DNA of 63,862 nt, the filler included, from Lama guanicoe (taxonomy: Eukaryota): assembly GCA_013239625.1 (NCBI GenBank). It is 207 parts of 207 records of this genome, joined end to end, with 100 filler letters (N's around TTAATTAATTAA, not from the genome) between each part and the next. Parts side by side here need not be neighbours in the genome. Positions count along the whole stretch, not along the records: positions 32,445 to 32,653 come from PNXV01035512.1; positions 32,754 to 32,962 come from PNXV01035513.1; positions 33,063 to 33,271 come from PNXV01035514.1; positions 33,372 to 33,580 come from PNXV01035515.1; positions 33,681 to 33,889 come from PNXV01035516.1; positions 33,990 to 34,198 come from PNXV01035517.1; positions 34,299 to 34,507 come from PNXV01035518.1; positions 34,608 to 34,816 come from PNXV01035519.1; 199 more parts are not named here. The stretch is one strand, 5' to 3'. The notes under the pieces are model-generated. The model searched no databases. It was not told the origin of the DNA and saw only the letters and a program-made list of their open reading frames with translations. Below are positions 32,345 to 45,013 of this stretch, piece after piece; position 1 is the first letter of the stretch; every line of letters starts with the position of its first letter. Position numbers and translations under genes: made by a program.

Positions 32345-34619
32345 NNNNNNNNNNNNNNNNNNNNNNNNNNNNNNNNNNNNNNNNNNNNTTAATTAATTAA
32401 NNNNNNNNNNNNNNNNNNNNNNNNNNNNNNNNNNNNNNNNNNNNCTTCACTCCCTCTCCGGACAGAAGTGCTCCTGGATCCTAGTGTCAGGAAACAGGAC
32501 GCGGTTCTCTTCCTGGAATTCGCTTGGAGCAAATATGGGCAAAGCACTTGGTTAGCCAGCAAGCTGTCCACTCACTGATGCTGTTCTGGAACATGTAGGG
32601 CTCGCAGTGGCTTGATGCTGGTTAGGCTAGAAATCCTGCAAGATTCTCTGTCTNNNNNNNNNNNNNNNNNNNNNNNNNNNNNNNNNNNNNNNNNNNNTTA
32701 ATTAATTAANNNNNNNNNNNNNNNNNNNNNNNNNNNNNNNNNNNNNNNNNNNNTTTTTTTTTCTGATTTGAGAAGGAGGAAAGTTCACAGAGTTTTTTAT
32801 ACATTCTCTTGTATTGGAGGAAAAAATCTTATAGAGAAAAGGAGGAAATCATAATACAAGAAAATCAAAAAGTTAAAAAAAAGATCACCCAAACCAAGAG
32901 ATACAAAATATGTTAGTTGTACAGAAGGTCTGCAGGACAGAGAAGAGGAATAATAGCGATGGNNNNNNNNNNNNNNNNNNNNNNNNNNNNNNNNNNNNNN
33001 NNNNNNTTAATTAATTAANNNNNNNNNNNNNNNNNNNNNNNNNNNNNNNNNNNNNNNNNNNNCCTTTGTTCAAATCAAATCACCTTCCTCCAAGCCTCAC
33101 CTTTTAATCAGGAAACAATTATCTCCTGGGATCACCTAAGGCAATAAACCTGAAAGTGACTTCAGAAGTGAGATATTCTACAGGTACAGAAGGACACCAA
33201 ACAGAGCAGCTGCAAAACAGCGGCAAGTGAAACCCTCTTACTGGAGCGGTTATAGCTTTTACTTCTCAAGTNNNNNNNNNNNNNNNNNNNNNNNNNNNNN
33301 NNNNNNNNNNNNNNNTTAATTAATTAANNNNNNNNNNNNNNNNNNNNNNNNNNNNNNNNNNNNNNNNNNNNGGTGAAATCTTACCCAACTCTGAGATTTG
33401 TTTTATTGTAATAAGTAACACTACTTGATTCAGTGCCCAGCAGGTAATAGAAACCTAATCAGGCTTTTCCTTCTTACTTAAAGAAGTAAATTTTTGAGAG
33501 CTCAATGAATTATTTTTTAGTTATACATAACAAACACTTATATAGCAAACAATTACATAGCATTTATTATCACAGGATATNNNNNNNNNNNNNNNNNNNN
33601 NNNNNNNNNNNNNNNNNNNNNNNNTTAATTAATTAANNNNNNNNNNNNNNNNNNNNNNNNNNNNNNNNNNNNNNNNNNNNATGTGAAACTCAAGGTCAAA
33701 TATAACTGAAGAGTTATTTCACTGTAAGAATGAGGACAAGGCCACTTTCTAAATTATTTACATCCATTTCATAGCATATAGATGAACTTTAACCATTAAG
33801 TAGCGTAAAATGTTCCCTGTGTGTTGAGCACCTCTCATTCGATAAACTATTCTCAGAGGACTATGCATTTTTCGGAGCTGAAACAACTCNNNNNNNNNNN
33901 NNNNNNNNNNNNNNNNNNNNNNNNNNNNNNNNNTTAATTAATTAANNNNNNNNNNNNNNNNNNNNNNNNNNNNNNNNNNNNNNNNNNNNTAATGGACATA
34001 GGTGTGAGGGATGAATAAGAGCAGAAGTTCAAGGTCTAATAGGCGAGGCAGGTGTGCCAGCGGTGAGTGCAGTCAGTCCAGGGTTACAGGTGCTGGCATG
34101 AGTGCTGTGCAGAACTGAGGGACCAGAAGAAAGAGAAGAAGCACTTCTATATGTCTGGGCAGGAAGGGGTAGGAAAGAGTCAGTTTTGCATTTTTTTTNN
34201 NNNNNNNNNNNNNNNNNNNNNNNNNNNNNNNNNNNNNNNNNNTTAATTAATTAANNNNNNNNNNNNNNNNNNNNNNNNNNNNNNNNNNNNNNNNNNNNGT
34301 GCACTACGTTCTGCGGCCCCTTGGCTCCTTCCTCCAAGCGTCAGTCAGTGGCCAGTGCTGCTCTCAGCGAAGGGAAGACCTCAAACACTGTCATTTAGGC
34401 TTCTTCCCCTACACAATGGGGCCTTCCTAAAATCAGAATATTCTTCCGGAAGCTCCACGCTCACTTTCTGAAGGCCACAAAGCATCTTCCCAGGATTTCA
34501 CATCTCCNNNNNNNNNNNNNNNNNNNNNNNNNNNNNNNNNNNNNNNNNNNNTTAATTAATTAANNNNNNNNNNNNNNNNNNNNNNNNNNNNNNNNNNNNN
34601 NNNNNNNTGTTTTAGACTA

Positions 34620-34710
34620 ATTTTTTTACATTATTACTGAACTGTAGTTGATTTACATTAGTTTCAGGTGTACAGCAAAGTGATTCAGTTATACACATAT
34701 ATATTTTTTT
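34620..34710 (-). mobile_element. L1 3' terminus (cetartiodactyl type)
   Basis: tagttgatttaca...agtttcaggtgtacagcaaagtgattcagttatacacatata. Confidence 0.75.
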
Positions 34711-35843
34711 CTTATTAGAGTCTTAGACTTTTTTTTTAACATTTACTTGTTGATTTCTTCCGATTTTCTAGATTCTGATATAGAAACCTGAATATAGGAA
34801 AACAGGCTTCGGGGTANNNNNNNNNNNNNNNNNNNNNNNNNNNNNNNNNNNNNNNNNNNNTTAATTAATTAANNNNNNNNNNNNNNNNNNNNNNNNNNNN
34901 NNNNNNNNNNNNNNNNTTTTTAAACTCTATCTTGACTCTAAGTTATTTAAATCTGGTCTCTTTAATACATAAAAAGTCAAAACAGCCATAAAAGAAAGTC
35001 TTAATCTCTGATTTTAACTTAATGGGGTTTTTGGTTACAACATTTTTCGTTTTAATGGTAGGTATCACTTAAATACAGAAAAAAAACTTTTATTTTTAAT
35101 TTCGGGTGGTACTACTTAAATAGCANNNNNNNNNNNNNNNNNNNNNNNNNNNNNNNNNNNNNNNNNNNNTTAATTAATTAANNNNNNNNNNNNNNNNNNN
35201 NNNNNNNNNNNNNNNNNNNNNNNNNCTCCCCATAACTGGCCCTCATCTGCTGGTCCGAGAGGGTCTGTCCAATGGAAGCCTCTAGTCTAGCCCTGCCAAT
35301 TTCCCCATCCTTGTCCAAACCTGTTCACACAGGCCCTAGCCCCACCAGCTCCAGCCCCCACCCGTCCACCCCCACCTTCTTCACGAGTCCACTGTCCACT
35401 GGTTCTCACCCTCTGACAGGACACCCTTCCCGCCNNNNNNNNNNNNNNNNNNNNNNNNNNNNNNNNNNNNNNNNNNNNTTAATTAATTAANNNNNNNNNN
35501 NNNNNNNNNNNNNNNNNNNNNNNNNNNNNNNNNNTGAGGGGCAGGGAGAGGCCAGAGAGCCTAGAAGCCCCTGGAGGTGACCCATGAAGCTGGCTTCTCA
35601 CCTCAAGCGTATCCCCTCTCCTCCCCTGCTCCAGCCCACACTCACTCCCACTCTCTGCAGTATCTGCATTCGAGCCAAGGCGCTCTTCCCCCAGCACTGG
35701 TCTGGCCCTGGGGAGCAGACCCCTGGAATGGTCCCAGGAGGAGNNNNNNNNNNNNNNNNNNNNNNNNNNNNNNNNNNNNNNNNNNNNTTAATTAATTAAN
35801 NNNNNNNNNNNNNNNNNNNNNNNNNNNNNNNNNNNNNNNNNNN

Positions 35844-36052
35844 TCTGTAAGACCTTGGGTCTGGTGATGAGTTTTAACTCACAACAACAAATACCTATCT
35901 ACAGATCAACACAAAATTAATGACGTGGACTTTATAGAACTATAGAGTCTACTCTGTGAAAGGTCTTATTCATAAAAGCAAAAGAGAAATCACAAACTAG
36001 GACAAAGTATTTGCAAAATGTGCATCTGATAAAGGATTTGTACTCAAGTTAT
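35844..36052 (+). mobile_element. Old L1M ORF2 3' fragment
   Basis: gaccttgggtctggtgatgagtttt...aaagtatttgcaaaatgtgcatctgataaaggatttgta. Confidence 0.7.
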
Positions 36053-37079
36053 NNNNNNNNNNNNNNNNNNNNNNNNNNNNNNNNNNNNNNNNNNNNTTAA
36101 TTAATTAANNNNNNNNNNNNNNNNNNNNNNNNNNNNNNNNNNNNNNNNNNNNGCCATTCAAGCCTGGTGTAAAAACTAGTAAGTGTTAAATGATAATGAG
36201 TTAGGTGGCCTCCTTCGAAGTTGGAAAGGCTCTCAGATATGCTGAAGAAGGGGCAGTAAAACCGAAACGGCCAGAGGGCACGTGGACAAATCATCATTTG
36301 TACTTGAAAGCTGCCAAAAAGATACAGAAAAGGGTAGTCAAGAAACACACAGGAAAGCCCCNNNNNNNNNNNNNNNNNNNNNNNNNNNNNNNNNNNNNNN
36401 NNNNNTTAATTAATTAANNNNNNNNNNNNNNNNNNNNNNNNNNNNNNNNNNNNNNNNNNNNGAACTCCGGCCAGAGAAATACTCGGTCTTCTTCCTGACG
36501 CATCTGAGGCAGTATTTTCTTTGGGTGTAACCTCTCTTTAGGGCTTCCAAGGTTGAGTGTGCTGATGGAAAGGGGCAATCCCCCCTCTCAAGCCCACGGG
36601 ATGGCCTCTCCGCAGCAGACACTCCCTGCCCCCAGCGAGCAAGCCGGGAGAAGCCCAGGAGAAGCCCCAGNNNNNNNNNNNNNNNNNNNNNNNNNNNNNN
36701 NNNNNNNNNNNNNNTTAATTAATTAANNNNNNNNNNNNNNNNNNNNNNNNNNNNNNNNNNNNNNNNNNNNGTCTCTCGCACCTGCCCTCCAGCCCAGGCC
36801 CTGCCTTGGCCAGATGTGATGTCAATGTCCAAACATTAGTAGCAATCTCAGGAAGACACTCTAATAGAATTTCAGTTCATGTTAAGTCAACGTTGTTGCT
36901 ACATTTTTCTACAGAATTTCCTGTTTTTACTTCATCCTCTCATGCCATGTTGGGCTGACAATCCTGATCCCTCCCACCCNNNNNNNNNNNNNNNNNNNNN
37001 NNNNNNNNNNNNNNNNNNNNNNNTTAATTAATTAANNNNNNNNNNNNNNNNNNNNNNNNNNNNNNNNNNNNNNNNNNNN

Positions 37080-37288
37080 CTCGTACACAAGCGTCAGGGC
37101 AGCTCTCTCCGAAACAGCCCCACACTGGGCACAACACGAGCATCCTTCGGTGGATGAATGATTAAGCAAACTGACAAACCCACCATGGGACACACTCAGT
37201 GAAATAAATAAACGGACAGTAGAAACAGGCAACATCTCGGCTGGATCGCAAAGGAATTACGCTGAATAAAAAACACGTCCATTTTTAA
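37080..37288 (+). mobile_element. Old L1 (L1MD/ME-like) 3' fragment
   Basis: acagccccacactgggcacaac...catccttcggtggatgaatgattaagcaaactg...ggatcgcaaaggaattacgctgaa. Confidence 0.6.
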
Positions 37289-38110
37289 NNNNNNNNNNNN
37301 NNNNNNNNNNNNNNNNNNNNNNNNNNNNNNNNTTAATTAATTAANNNNNNNNNNNNNNNNNNNNNNNNNNNNNNNNNNNNNNNNNNNNCTCTGAGTTTGT
37401 CTGTGCATCTCTCCCCAGCTGAGGGCAGTCATCCTCCTGTTCCTTCTCCTCCTTTTGATGATGCTTGAATCTTGTGCTGCTCCTGGTGGTTCTGGTTTAA
37501 TCATGGCAATTAATCCAGTTGTTTCATCTAAAACGAATATCAGAAGATGCAATTTTATTTACTCTGATTTTCTTTGTCTGCTTTTTTCAAGAAATTCNNN
37601 NNNNNNNNNNNNNNNNNNNNNNNNNNNNNNNNNNNNNNNNNTTAATTAATTAANNNNNNNNNNNNNNNNNNNNNNNNNNNNNNNNNNNNNNNNNNNNCCT
37701 GTTCTGCTCCCTAGTCCCCTCCTGCACCGTCAGAAGTCAGTGTCCTCTGTCATGTGTCTGCCTCCCTCACCAGCCTGGGGCTCTCCCGAGAGCAGGGAGC
37801 ATGAGCTACAGAAACATGGTCAGACTTAGCAGACACACATGGCTGTGTCTGGACCAGAGGGCCCTGATTTTTCCCCTCTGGTCCTCCATGTGGGCACTGA
37901 TGGCTTNNNNNNNNNNNNNNNNNNNNNNNNNNNNNNNNNNNNNNNNNNNNTTAATTAATTAANNNNNNNNNNNNNNNNNNNNNNNNNNNNNNNNNNNNNN
38001 NNNNNNAATTTTTTTTTTAAAACAGACATACCACTGTAATGAAAACACATGCTTTGCGTATTGTTTGTTTCCTGAGTGGGGCATAACTAAGTTTCTTCAT
38101 TGATTTTGTC

Positions 38111-38190
38111 TTGGATGGGGTACCAGGGATTGAACTCAGGACCTCTTGGGTGTTGAACATGCGCACTACCTCTTAAGCTATACCTTTCCT
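38111..38190 (-). mobile_element. Vic-1-type SINE, antisense
   Basis: ggggtaccagggattgaactcaggacctc...atgcgcactacctcttaagctatacc is the reverse complement of the SINE head at 3802. Confidence 0.8.
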
Positions 38191-39551
38191 CCAGATATAC
38201 TACTTTAAAACTTAGNNNNNNNNNNNNNNNNNNNNNNNNNNNNNNNNNNNNNNNNNNNNTTAATTAATTAANNNNNNNNNNNNNNNNNNNNNNNNNNNNN
38301 NNNNNNNNNNNNNNNATTTTCTTATTTACTTGGTCTTCCGTTCAAGATATTTTGTTGACCAAAAGTATATTATCACCTCCTAGTTAAAAATTAAGGCTTT
38401 CCACGTAGAATGGTTAACTGAAAGATGAGCAAAGGTAGCTTTTAATTGTCTCTTGCAAAATAAAATTTACTCATTCATACTTTGATATTTAATTATTTAA
38501 TGAATTTACAAGCTTCATAAAAATNNNNNNNNNNNNNNNNNNNNNNNNNNNNNNNNNNNNNNNNNNNNTTAATTAATTAANNNNNNNNNNNNNNNNNNNN
38601 NNNNNNNNNNNNNNNNNNNNNNNNGCTAGAATACCATATGAAACTTGAAAAATAGCTGAGGGCAACAGAAAGACTTGGTTAGCAAGAATAAAAGCAAGGA
38701 AATGGTGGTTTTTGTGTTTGGAGTTGATGACGTAACATTAAGGGATGCGTAGAAGGAAGCGGTTTTTAGAAGAACTAACTGAAAAGGCCATCAAAGACTT
38801 ACGTGGAAGTGGAAGGAAGCCTGAGATAGCTAANNNNNNNNNNNNNNNNNNNNNNNNNNNNNNNNNNNNNNNNNNNNTTAATTAATTAANNNNNNNNNNN
38901 NNNNNNNNNNNNNNNNNNNNNNNNNNNNNNNNNTCACTTCATCTGTGTGGGTGAGGGGGCCGAGGGCAGGGCATTGTGGGGTGCTGGGGCATAGGGGTGT
39001 GTGCTTTGGCCACAAAGATGCTGGTCTGAGGAAACTGGAGGGTTAGAGGGAAGGGTGGGAGTGAAGAGGGTCTGAAGACTCCAAAAAGCTGTGTGTGGAG
39101 GGGTTTAGAGGGGTAGGGTGGGATAGGATAAGGGTGGTGAATNNNNNNNNNNNNNNNNNNNNNNNNNNNNNNNNNNNNNNNNNNNNTTAATTAATTAANN
39201 NNNNNNNNNNNNNNNNNNNNNNNNNNNNNNNNNNNNNNNNNNGTTCCAGCTCAAGACGGGAGTGAAAGCTCCGATCCTAGCAGTGGCTGGCGGGGCGCTC
39301 CCTGCTCTTCTCTCCCACCGCTCCCCTGTCTCCCCCAGCCACAGCTTCCTGGCCCTTCCTTGCCTCATGCCTTAGAAACCGCCCTGGCTGCTCCCTCTGC
39401 CTGGAAAGCCCCACACAGCTCACTCCCTCACCCCCTTGAAGGCTCAGCTCANNNNNNNNNNNNNNNNNNNNNNNNNNNNNNNNNNNNNNNNNNNNTTAAT
39501 TAATTAANNNNNNNNNNNNNNNNNNNNNNNNNNNNNNNNNNNNNNNNNNNN

Positions 39552-39730
39552 TATAAGGTTCCTAGAAGACAAGAGAGAGAGGAAGATGCAGAAAACATAT
39601 CTGAAGACATGATAGTTGAAAACTTTCCTCACCTGGTAAGGAAAACAGACATCCAGGTCCAGGAAGCACAGAGAATCCCAAACAGTATCAACCCAAAGAG
39701 AACACCAAGAAATACTGTAATTTAAATGTC
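39552..39730 (+). mobile_element. L1 ORF1 fragment
   Basis: tgaaaactttcctcacctgg...acagacatccaggtccaggaagcacagagaatcccaaac (ENFP...DIQVQEAQRIP). Confidence 0.85.
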
Positions 39731-40478
39731 ACACACACACACACACAAATCCAAAGATGANNNNNNNNNNNNNNNNNNNNNNNNNNNNNNNNNNNNNNNN
39801 NNNNTTAATTAATTAANNNNNNNNNNNNNNNNNNNNNNNNNNNNNNNNNNNNNNNNNNNNAAGCTGTGTTTTCCTTGTCGTTCAGTTATTCTTTGTGTAT
39901 TACCTAATACTAACTTTTGCATTATGACATTATTTATGTTACATAGAAGGGTTTTTTAAAAATATTTTTTATATTCTGCATGATTTATTGTAACTGCTTC
40001 TAATTTAAGAATTTTTGTGATCAGGAAACATTCTCTGTAGGATCGCCACACCTTTAAGTCTACTTAGGCNNNNNNNNNNNNNNNNNNNNNNNNNNNNNNN
40101 NNNNNNNNNNNNNTTAATTAATTAANNNNNNNNNNNNNNNNNNNNNNNNNNNNNNNNNNNNNNNNNNNNAAACAGGAAGGTAGGTTCTGATGTACCATTG
40201 ACTTAGAGGGACATTTGCATCTCTGAGTCATAAAGTCTCAGATGGAGCTCTTGGAGAGAATGTCCCCTGTGGACAGTTGCCAGTGGCTGCTTCCATTTTG
40301 GAAAGTGAAGTAGCAGGATGCAGGGAGAACCACTTGGCAGGCTTAGCCTTCAGGTAGAGTTCTGCCCCGGGAAGCGCCNNNNNNNNNNNNNNNNNNNNNN
40401 NNNNNNNNNNNNNNNNNNNNNNTTAATTAATTAANNNNNNNNNNNNNNNNNNNNNNNNNNNNNNNNNNNNNNNNNNNN

Positions 40479-40687
40479 CTACACTGTTGGTGGGAGTGTA
40501 AATTGGTGCAGTCACTACAGAGGACAGTATAGAAGTTCCTTAAAAAACTGAAAATAGACTTACCAGGTGATCCAGCAATTCCACTCCTGGGCATATATCC
40601 GGAGAAAAATAAAATTCAAAAAGATACATGCACCCCAATGTTTACAGAACACTATTTATAACGGCCAAGACATGGAAATAACCCAAA
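40479..40687 (+). mobile_element. L1 ORF2 C-terminal fragment with stops
   Basis: [40 protein letters not shown]. Confidence 0.92.
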
Positions 40688-42039
40688 NNNNNNNNNNNNN
40701 NNNNNNNNNNNNNNNNNNNNNNNNNNNNNNNTTAATTAATTAANNNNNNNNNNNNNNNNNNNNNNNNNNNNNNNNNNNNNNNNNNNNAACAATCCAGCTG
40801 GCACTGATTCATTAGACCCAGGTTCTGTTTCCTGTGATATATTTATCCCAGTTGCTTGGTTTGGAGAAAATATTTTGAGTTTGGAGGCAAGGTTCTGGAG
40901 TACATACGTTGAATGTTGGCGGTGGCATCCTAACTATACACACTCATCCTTTCTGTGGCTTGTTTGACCTCTGTCGGCCAGGTGACTTAGGGTGGANNNN
41001 NNNNNNNNNNNNNNNNNNNNNNNNNNNNNNNNNNNNNNNNTTAATTAATTAANNNNNNNNNNNNNNNNNNNNNNNNNNNNNNNNNNNNNNNNNNNNCCTA
41101 GAGCTGGTTGTTTCTAGATGGGGAAGAAAATAAGGGACAAACTAATATGGATACAGAAAGCTGTGGAAAATTTGTAGAAAGGGAACCATAAAGGAGTGCT
41201 GTGTATGGTTGGGCTGAGATTAAACTTACTTAGGTAAATGGATTTCATTGTGAAAACAGGCTGGTGCAGGACTAGATTTGGTTCCTCTCTGTTAAAAGAA
41301 CAAGTNNNNNNNNNNNNNNNNNNNNNNNNNNNNNNNNNNNNNNNNNNNNTTAATTAATTAANNNNNNNNNNNNNNNNNNNNNNNNNNNNNNNNNNNNNNN
41401 NNNNNTCGAAGGCATTTCCAGACAGTAGCTTGGCCCCTGCTTTGCCGAGTTGGGTTCACCTGGGTTCCTTACATCAGGAACGGGTTTTGTGACCTCTAAA
41501 CCCGCCTGGTCCCTCCGCCTCGTCCCTGTCTCTCTCATCCGGGCGCAGTGACGCTCTTCCAGGCTTCCCAGAAGTTCACCTTGACCTCAGGCTGGTCCCT
41601 CTCCCCTCCAGACCNNNNNNNNNNNNNNNNNNNNNNNNNNNNNNNNNNNNNNNNNNNNTTAATTAATTAANNNNNNNNNNNNNNNNNNNNNNNNNNNNNN
41701 NNNNNNNNNNNNNNAGCCCATGAACCAACAGGCAGGACAGACACTAATGATGAAAATGGGGCATGCGGTCTGACTGGACAACCACCTAGGGTCCCTGGGA
41801 GTCTGGGCATTTCCACTGTGTCCTCAAATACCTCTTTTACTTCCTGCCTGGATTCTTTGCAGAGCGTGCCGTGCTAGGGGGGAGTGGAGACTGTTCCAAC
41901 AGGATGTCCACATGGTAAGACCCNNNNNNNNNNNNNNNNNNNNNNNNNNNNNNNNNNNNNNNNNNNNTTAATTAATTAANNNNNNNNNNNNNNNNNNNNN
42001 NNNNNNNNNNNNNNNNNNNNNNNACAAATCCTGAAGTGA

Positions 42040-42205
42040 CGTTAGCTGGGTTTAAATCCCTGCACCTTAGACCAATCATATAATCTCACCATCTGAAAAA
42101 CAGAGCAAACCCATTACCTCCCTTATAGGGTGATGAATGTTAAATAAGTCAACATACTTAAAGCACTTGGAATAGTACCTGGCACATAATTTTTAGCTAC
42201 TATTA
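42040..42205 (+). mobile_element. MIR fragment
   Basis: ctgggtttaaatccc...catctgaaaaa...acctcccttatagggtg...aaagcacttggaatagtacctggcacata. Confidence 0.75.
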
Positions 42206-43415
42206 GTATCCCTTATTCCCCCTCAGCTCAGCNNNNNNNNNNNNNNNNNNNNNNNNNNNNNNNNNNNNNNNNNNNNTTAATTAATTAANNNNNNNNNNNN
42301 NNNNNNNNNNNNNNNNNNNNNNNNNNNNNNNNTGCCGGGGAGTGGGTTGGGGCGGGGGGGACAGGGCTGGGGCACAGCCTCGGGCTTTGCTCCCCCTCGG
42401 GCTCTGGGGCTGGGACCGCGCGTCCGGGTAGCCCTGCGTGGCCATGGCCTCCCAGAACCCCACGGGAAGGGCAGGTGGAGGACCCGTCTTTTATGAAGAG
42501 GCGCCTTACCCGGGTTTTGAAGAGCCCCAGAATCAGATGTTNNNNNNNNNNNNNNNNNNNNNNNNNNNNNNNNNNNNNNNNNNNNTTAATTAATTAANNN
42601 NNNNNNNNNNNNNNNNNNNNNNNNNNNNNNNNNNNNNNNNNTGACCTGGGGAATGCAAAGATGGGCCAGCCATAGTCTGGTTTCTGCCAGCACATGGTAA
42701 TAAACACTAATTGATGAATCAACTGATGTTCTTAAGAGGATCATAATACAGTGACCAAAGCTTACTGGGACTTGAGTGCATGTATTAAAGAGGCTGCAGC
42801 CTCTGTGTGTATTACCAAATTTTACTCTGTAGGATAATTTCTTGTAAATTNNNNNNNNNNNNNNNNNNNNNNNNNNNNNNNNNNNNNNNNNNNNTTAATT
42901 AATTAANNNNNNNNNNNNNNNNNNNNNNNNNNNNNNNNNNNNNNNNNNNNAAACAGATTTTCCCTGTGGCATTTCTTATGTGATTGCCATATATTTTTAA
43001 AGTTAATACAAATCTATCAGAAGCTCTATCTCCTTATGAGAAAGTCCTGTCTTTCTGGATCTGGTGAGAAATTCTAGGTCACTCTCATGCTAGTGAAAAA
43101 AAATATGTATTTTTAGAGGACACACATAGGGTGCGTGTCAACGTATTTTGCTTTATACCNNNNNNNNNNNNNNNNNNNNNNNNNNNNNNNNNNNNNNNNN
43201 NNNTTAATTAATTAANNNNNNNNNNNNNNNNNNNNNNNNNNNNNNNNNNNNNNNNNNNNTTCCTCCAAATTCGGTGTAAAGACTAATTCGTTTAGCTTTT
43301 TCCCATTGAAGGGACGGAGGGATAGAGAAGCTGCTGACATTTCAACACACACGAACAACCTGAACCTAAACCGGTGCAGCTTTAGTGAGAGACCAGAAAT
43401 GGAACAAACAGAGGG

Positions 43416-43468
43416 ACGCGCACGCGCGCACACACAGACACACACACACACACAGACACACACACACA
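43416..43468. repeat. (CG/CA)n microsatellite at contig end
   Basis: acgcgcacgcgcgcacacacagacacacacac... Confidence 0.9.
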
Positions 43469-44804
43469 NNNNNNNNNNNNNNNNNNNNNNNNNNNNNNNN
43501 NNNNNNNNNNNNTTAATTAATTAANNNNNNNNNNNNNNNNNNNNNNNNNNNNNNNNNNNNNNNNNNNNCTGCAACCTGCTGTGATGTTTATAATGAGGAA
43601 ATGCTTAGGAGGGACATAACCAGGAGGTGGACAAGTTGTTTTATTTTTAGTGACATATCCCTGTGAAGAATGTTTATTTCCCCTAAGCAGAAAGAGTCCT
43701 TCCTTAGAATTGTCCAAATATAAAGAATATTCATTTACATGCTGTGAAATTTTTACTGTGTCAGGAAAAAGCACCTCNNNNNNNNNNNNNNNNNNNNNNN
43801 NNNNNNNNNNNNNNNNNNNNNTTAATTAATTAANNNNNNNNNNNNNNNNNNNNNNNNNNNNNNNNNNNNNNNNNNNNAGACTTCTCTTTCTTAAGTCACT
43901 TTTCTTAAGTCAAAACGGCTCTGAGCGGACGAGTCTGTTCTAGAATGAAACCGTGTGTGCTCGGTGCCGGGGCCCCCGGCAAGCAGCGGGGGTGGTCCCA
44001 CCTGCCGGGCGCCCTTCCCGCTGTGTCTTGCCGACCCGTCGGCAATGGCCCCACGTGGGTGGGGGGCGAGGCTCCTGGAGCATGTGNNNNNNNNNNNNNN
44101 NNNNNNNNNNNNNNNNNNNNNNNNNNNNNNTTAATTAATTAANNNNNNNNNNNNNNNNNNNNNNNNNNNNNNNNNNNNNNNNNNNNTCTTGATCAACTTA
44201 ATAAACTGCATCCCTACAAATACCATAATCAAATCAAAGCATTTTTCTGGTGATATAAAAAAACAAGAAAAAAAAAACCCCTAGTGGTTACAGAGAACAA
44301 AAGCTTTGCATTGCAAAAAAAAACAAAAACAAACAAAAAAAAAACCAAAAAACAAAGAAAGAAAGAAAGAAAGAGGAAGTGATGAAATAAGAGAANNNNN
44401 NNNNNNNNNNNNNNNNNNNNNNNNNNNNNNNNNNNNNNNTTAATTAATTAANNNNNNNNNNNNNNNNNNNNNNNNNNNNNNNNNNNNNNNNNNNNAGGAT
44501 ATATCTCATTTTCAGAGATGTGAAAATGTATGTTTCAGAATTGATGAAATAAGACAGATATGAAAAAAGCAATCGATTCTCCACGCACCAGAATTTCATT
44601 CATCTCAAAATAAAAATTAGAACACATATTACCATCACTATCATGACAAAAATCTATGAAAAACTTTGGAATAAATTTACCAACAAAAAAGACACAGGAC
44701 CTATNNNNNNNNNNNNNNNNNNNNNNNNNNNNNNNNNNNNNNNNNNNNTTAATTAATTAANNNNNNNNNNNNNNNNNNNNNNNNNNNNNNNNNNNNNNNN
44801 NNNN

Positions 44805-45013
44805 TAGAACAGCCTAAATAACTTTGAAAAGAAGGACTAATGCTATCTGATTTCAAGACTTACAAGTCTACTTAAATCAGGACAGCATAGTACCAAGATA
44901 GAAAAATAGACCAACAGAACATAATGTAGAGTCCAGAAATAGACCCACACATATATGGAAATGGTTTTGATGAAGGTGCAAAGGCAACTCAGTGGAGAAA
45001 GAATATTTTTCAA
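44805..45013 (+). mobile_element. Old L1M ORF2 fragment
   Basis: tgatttcaagacttac...atagaccaacagaac...gagtccagaaatagacccacacatatatgg...aaggtgcaaaggcaa. Confidence 0.8.
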
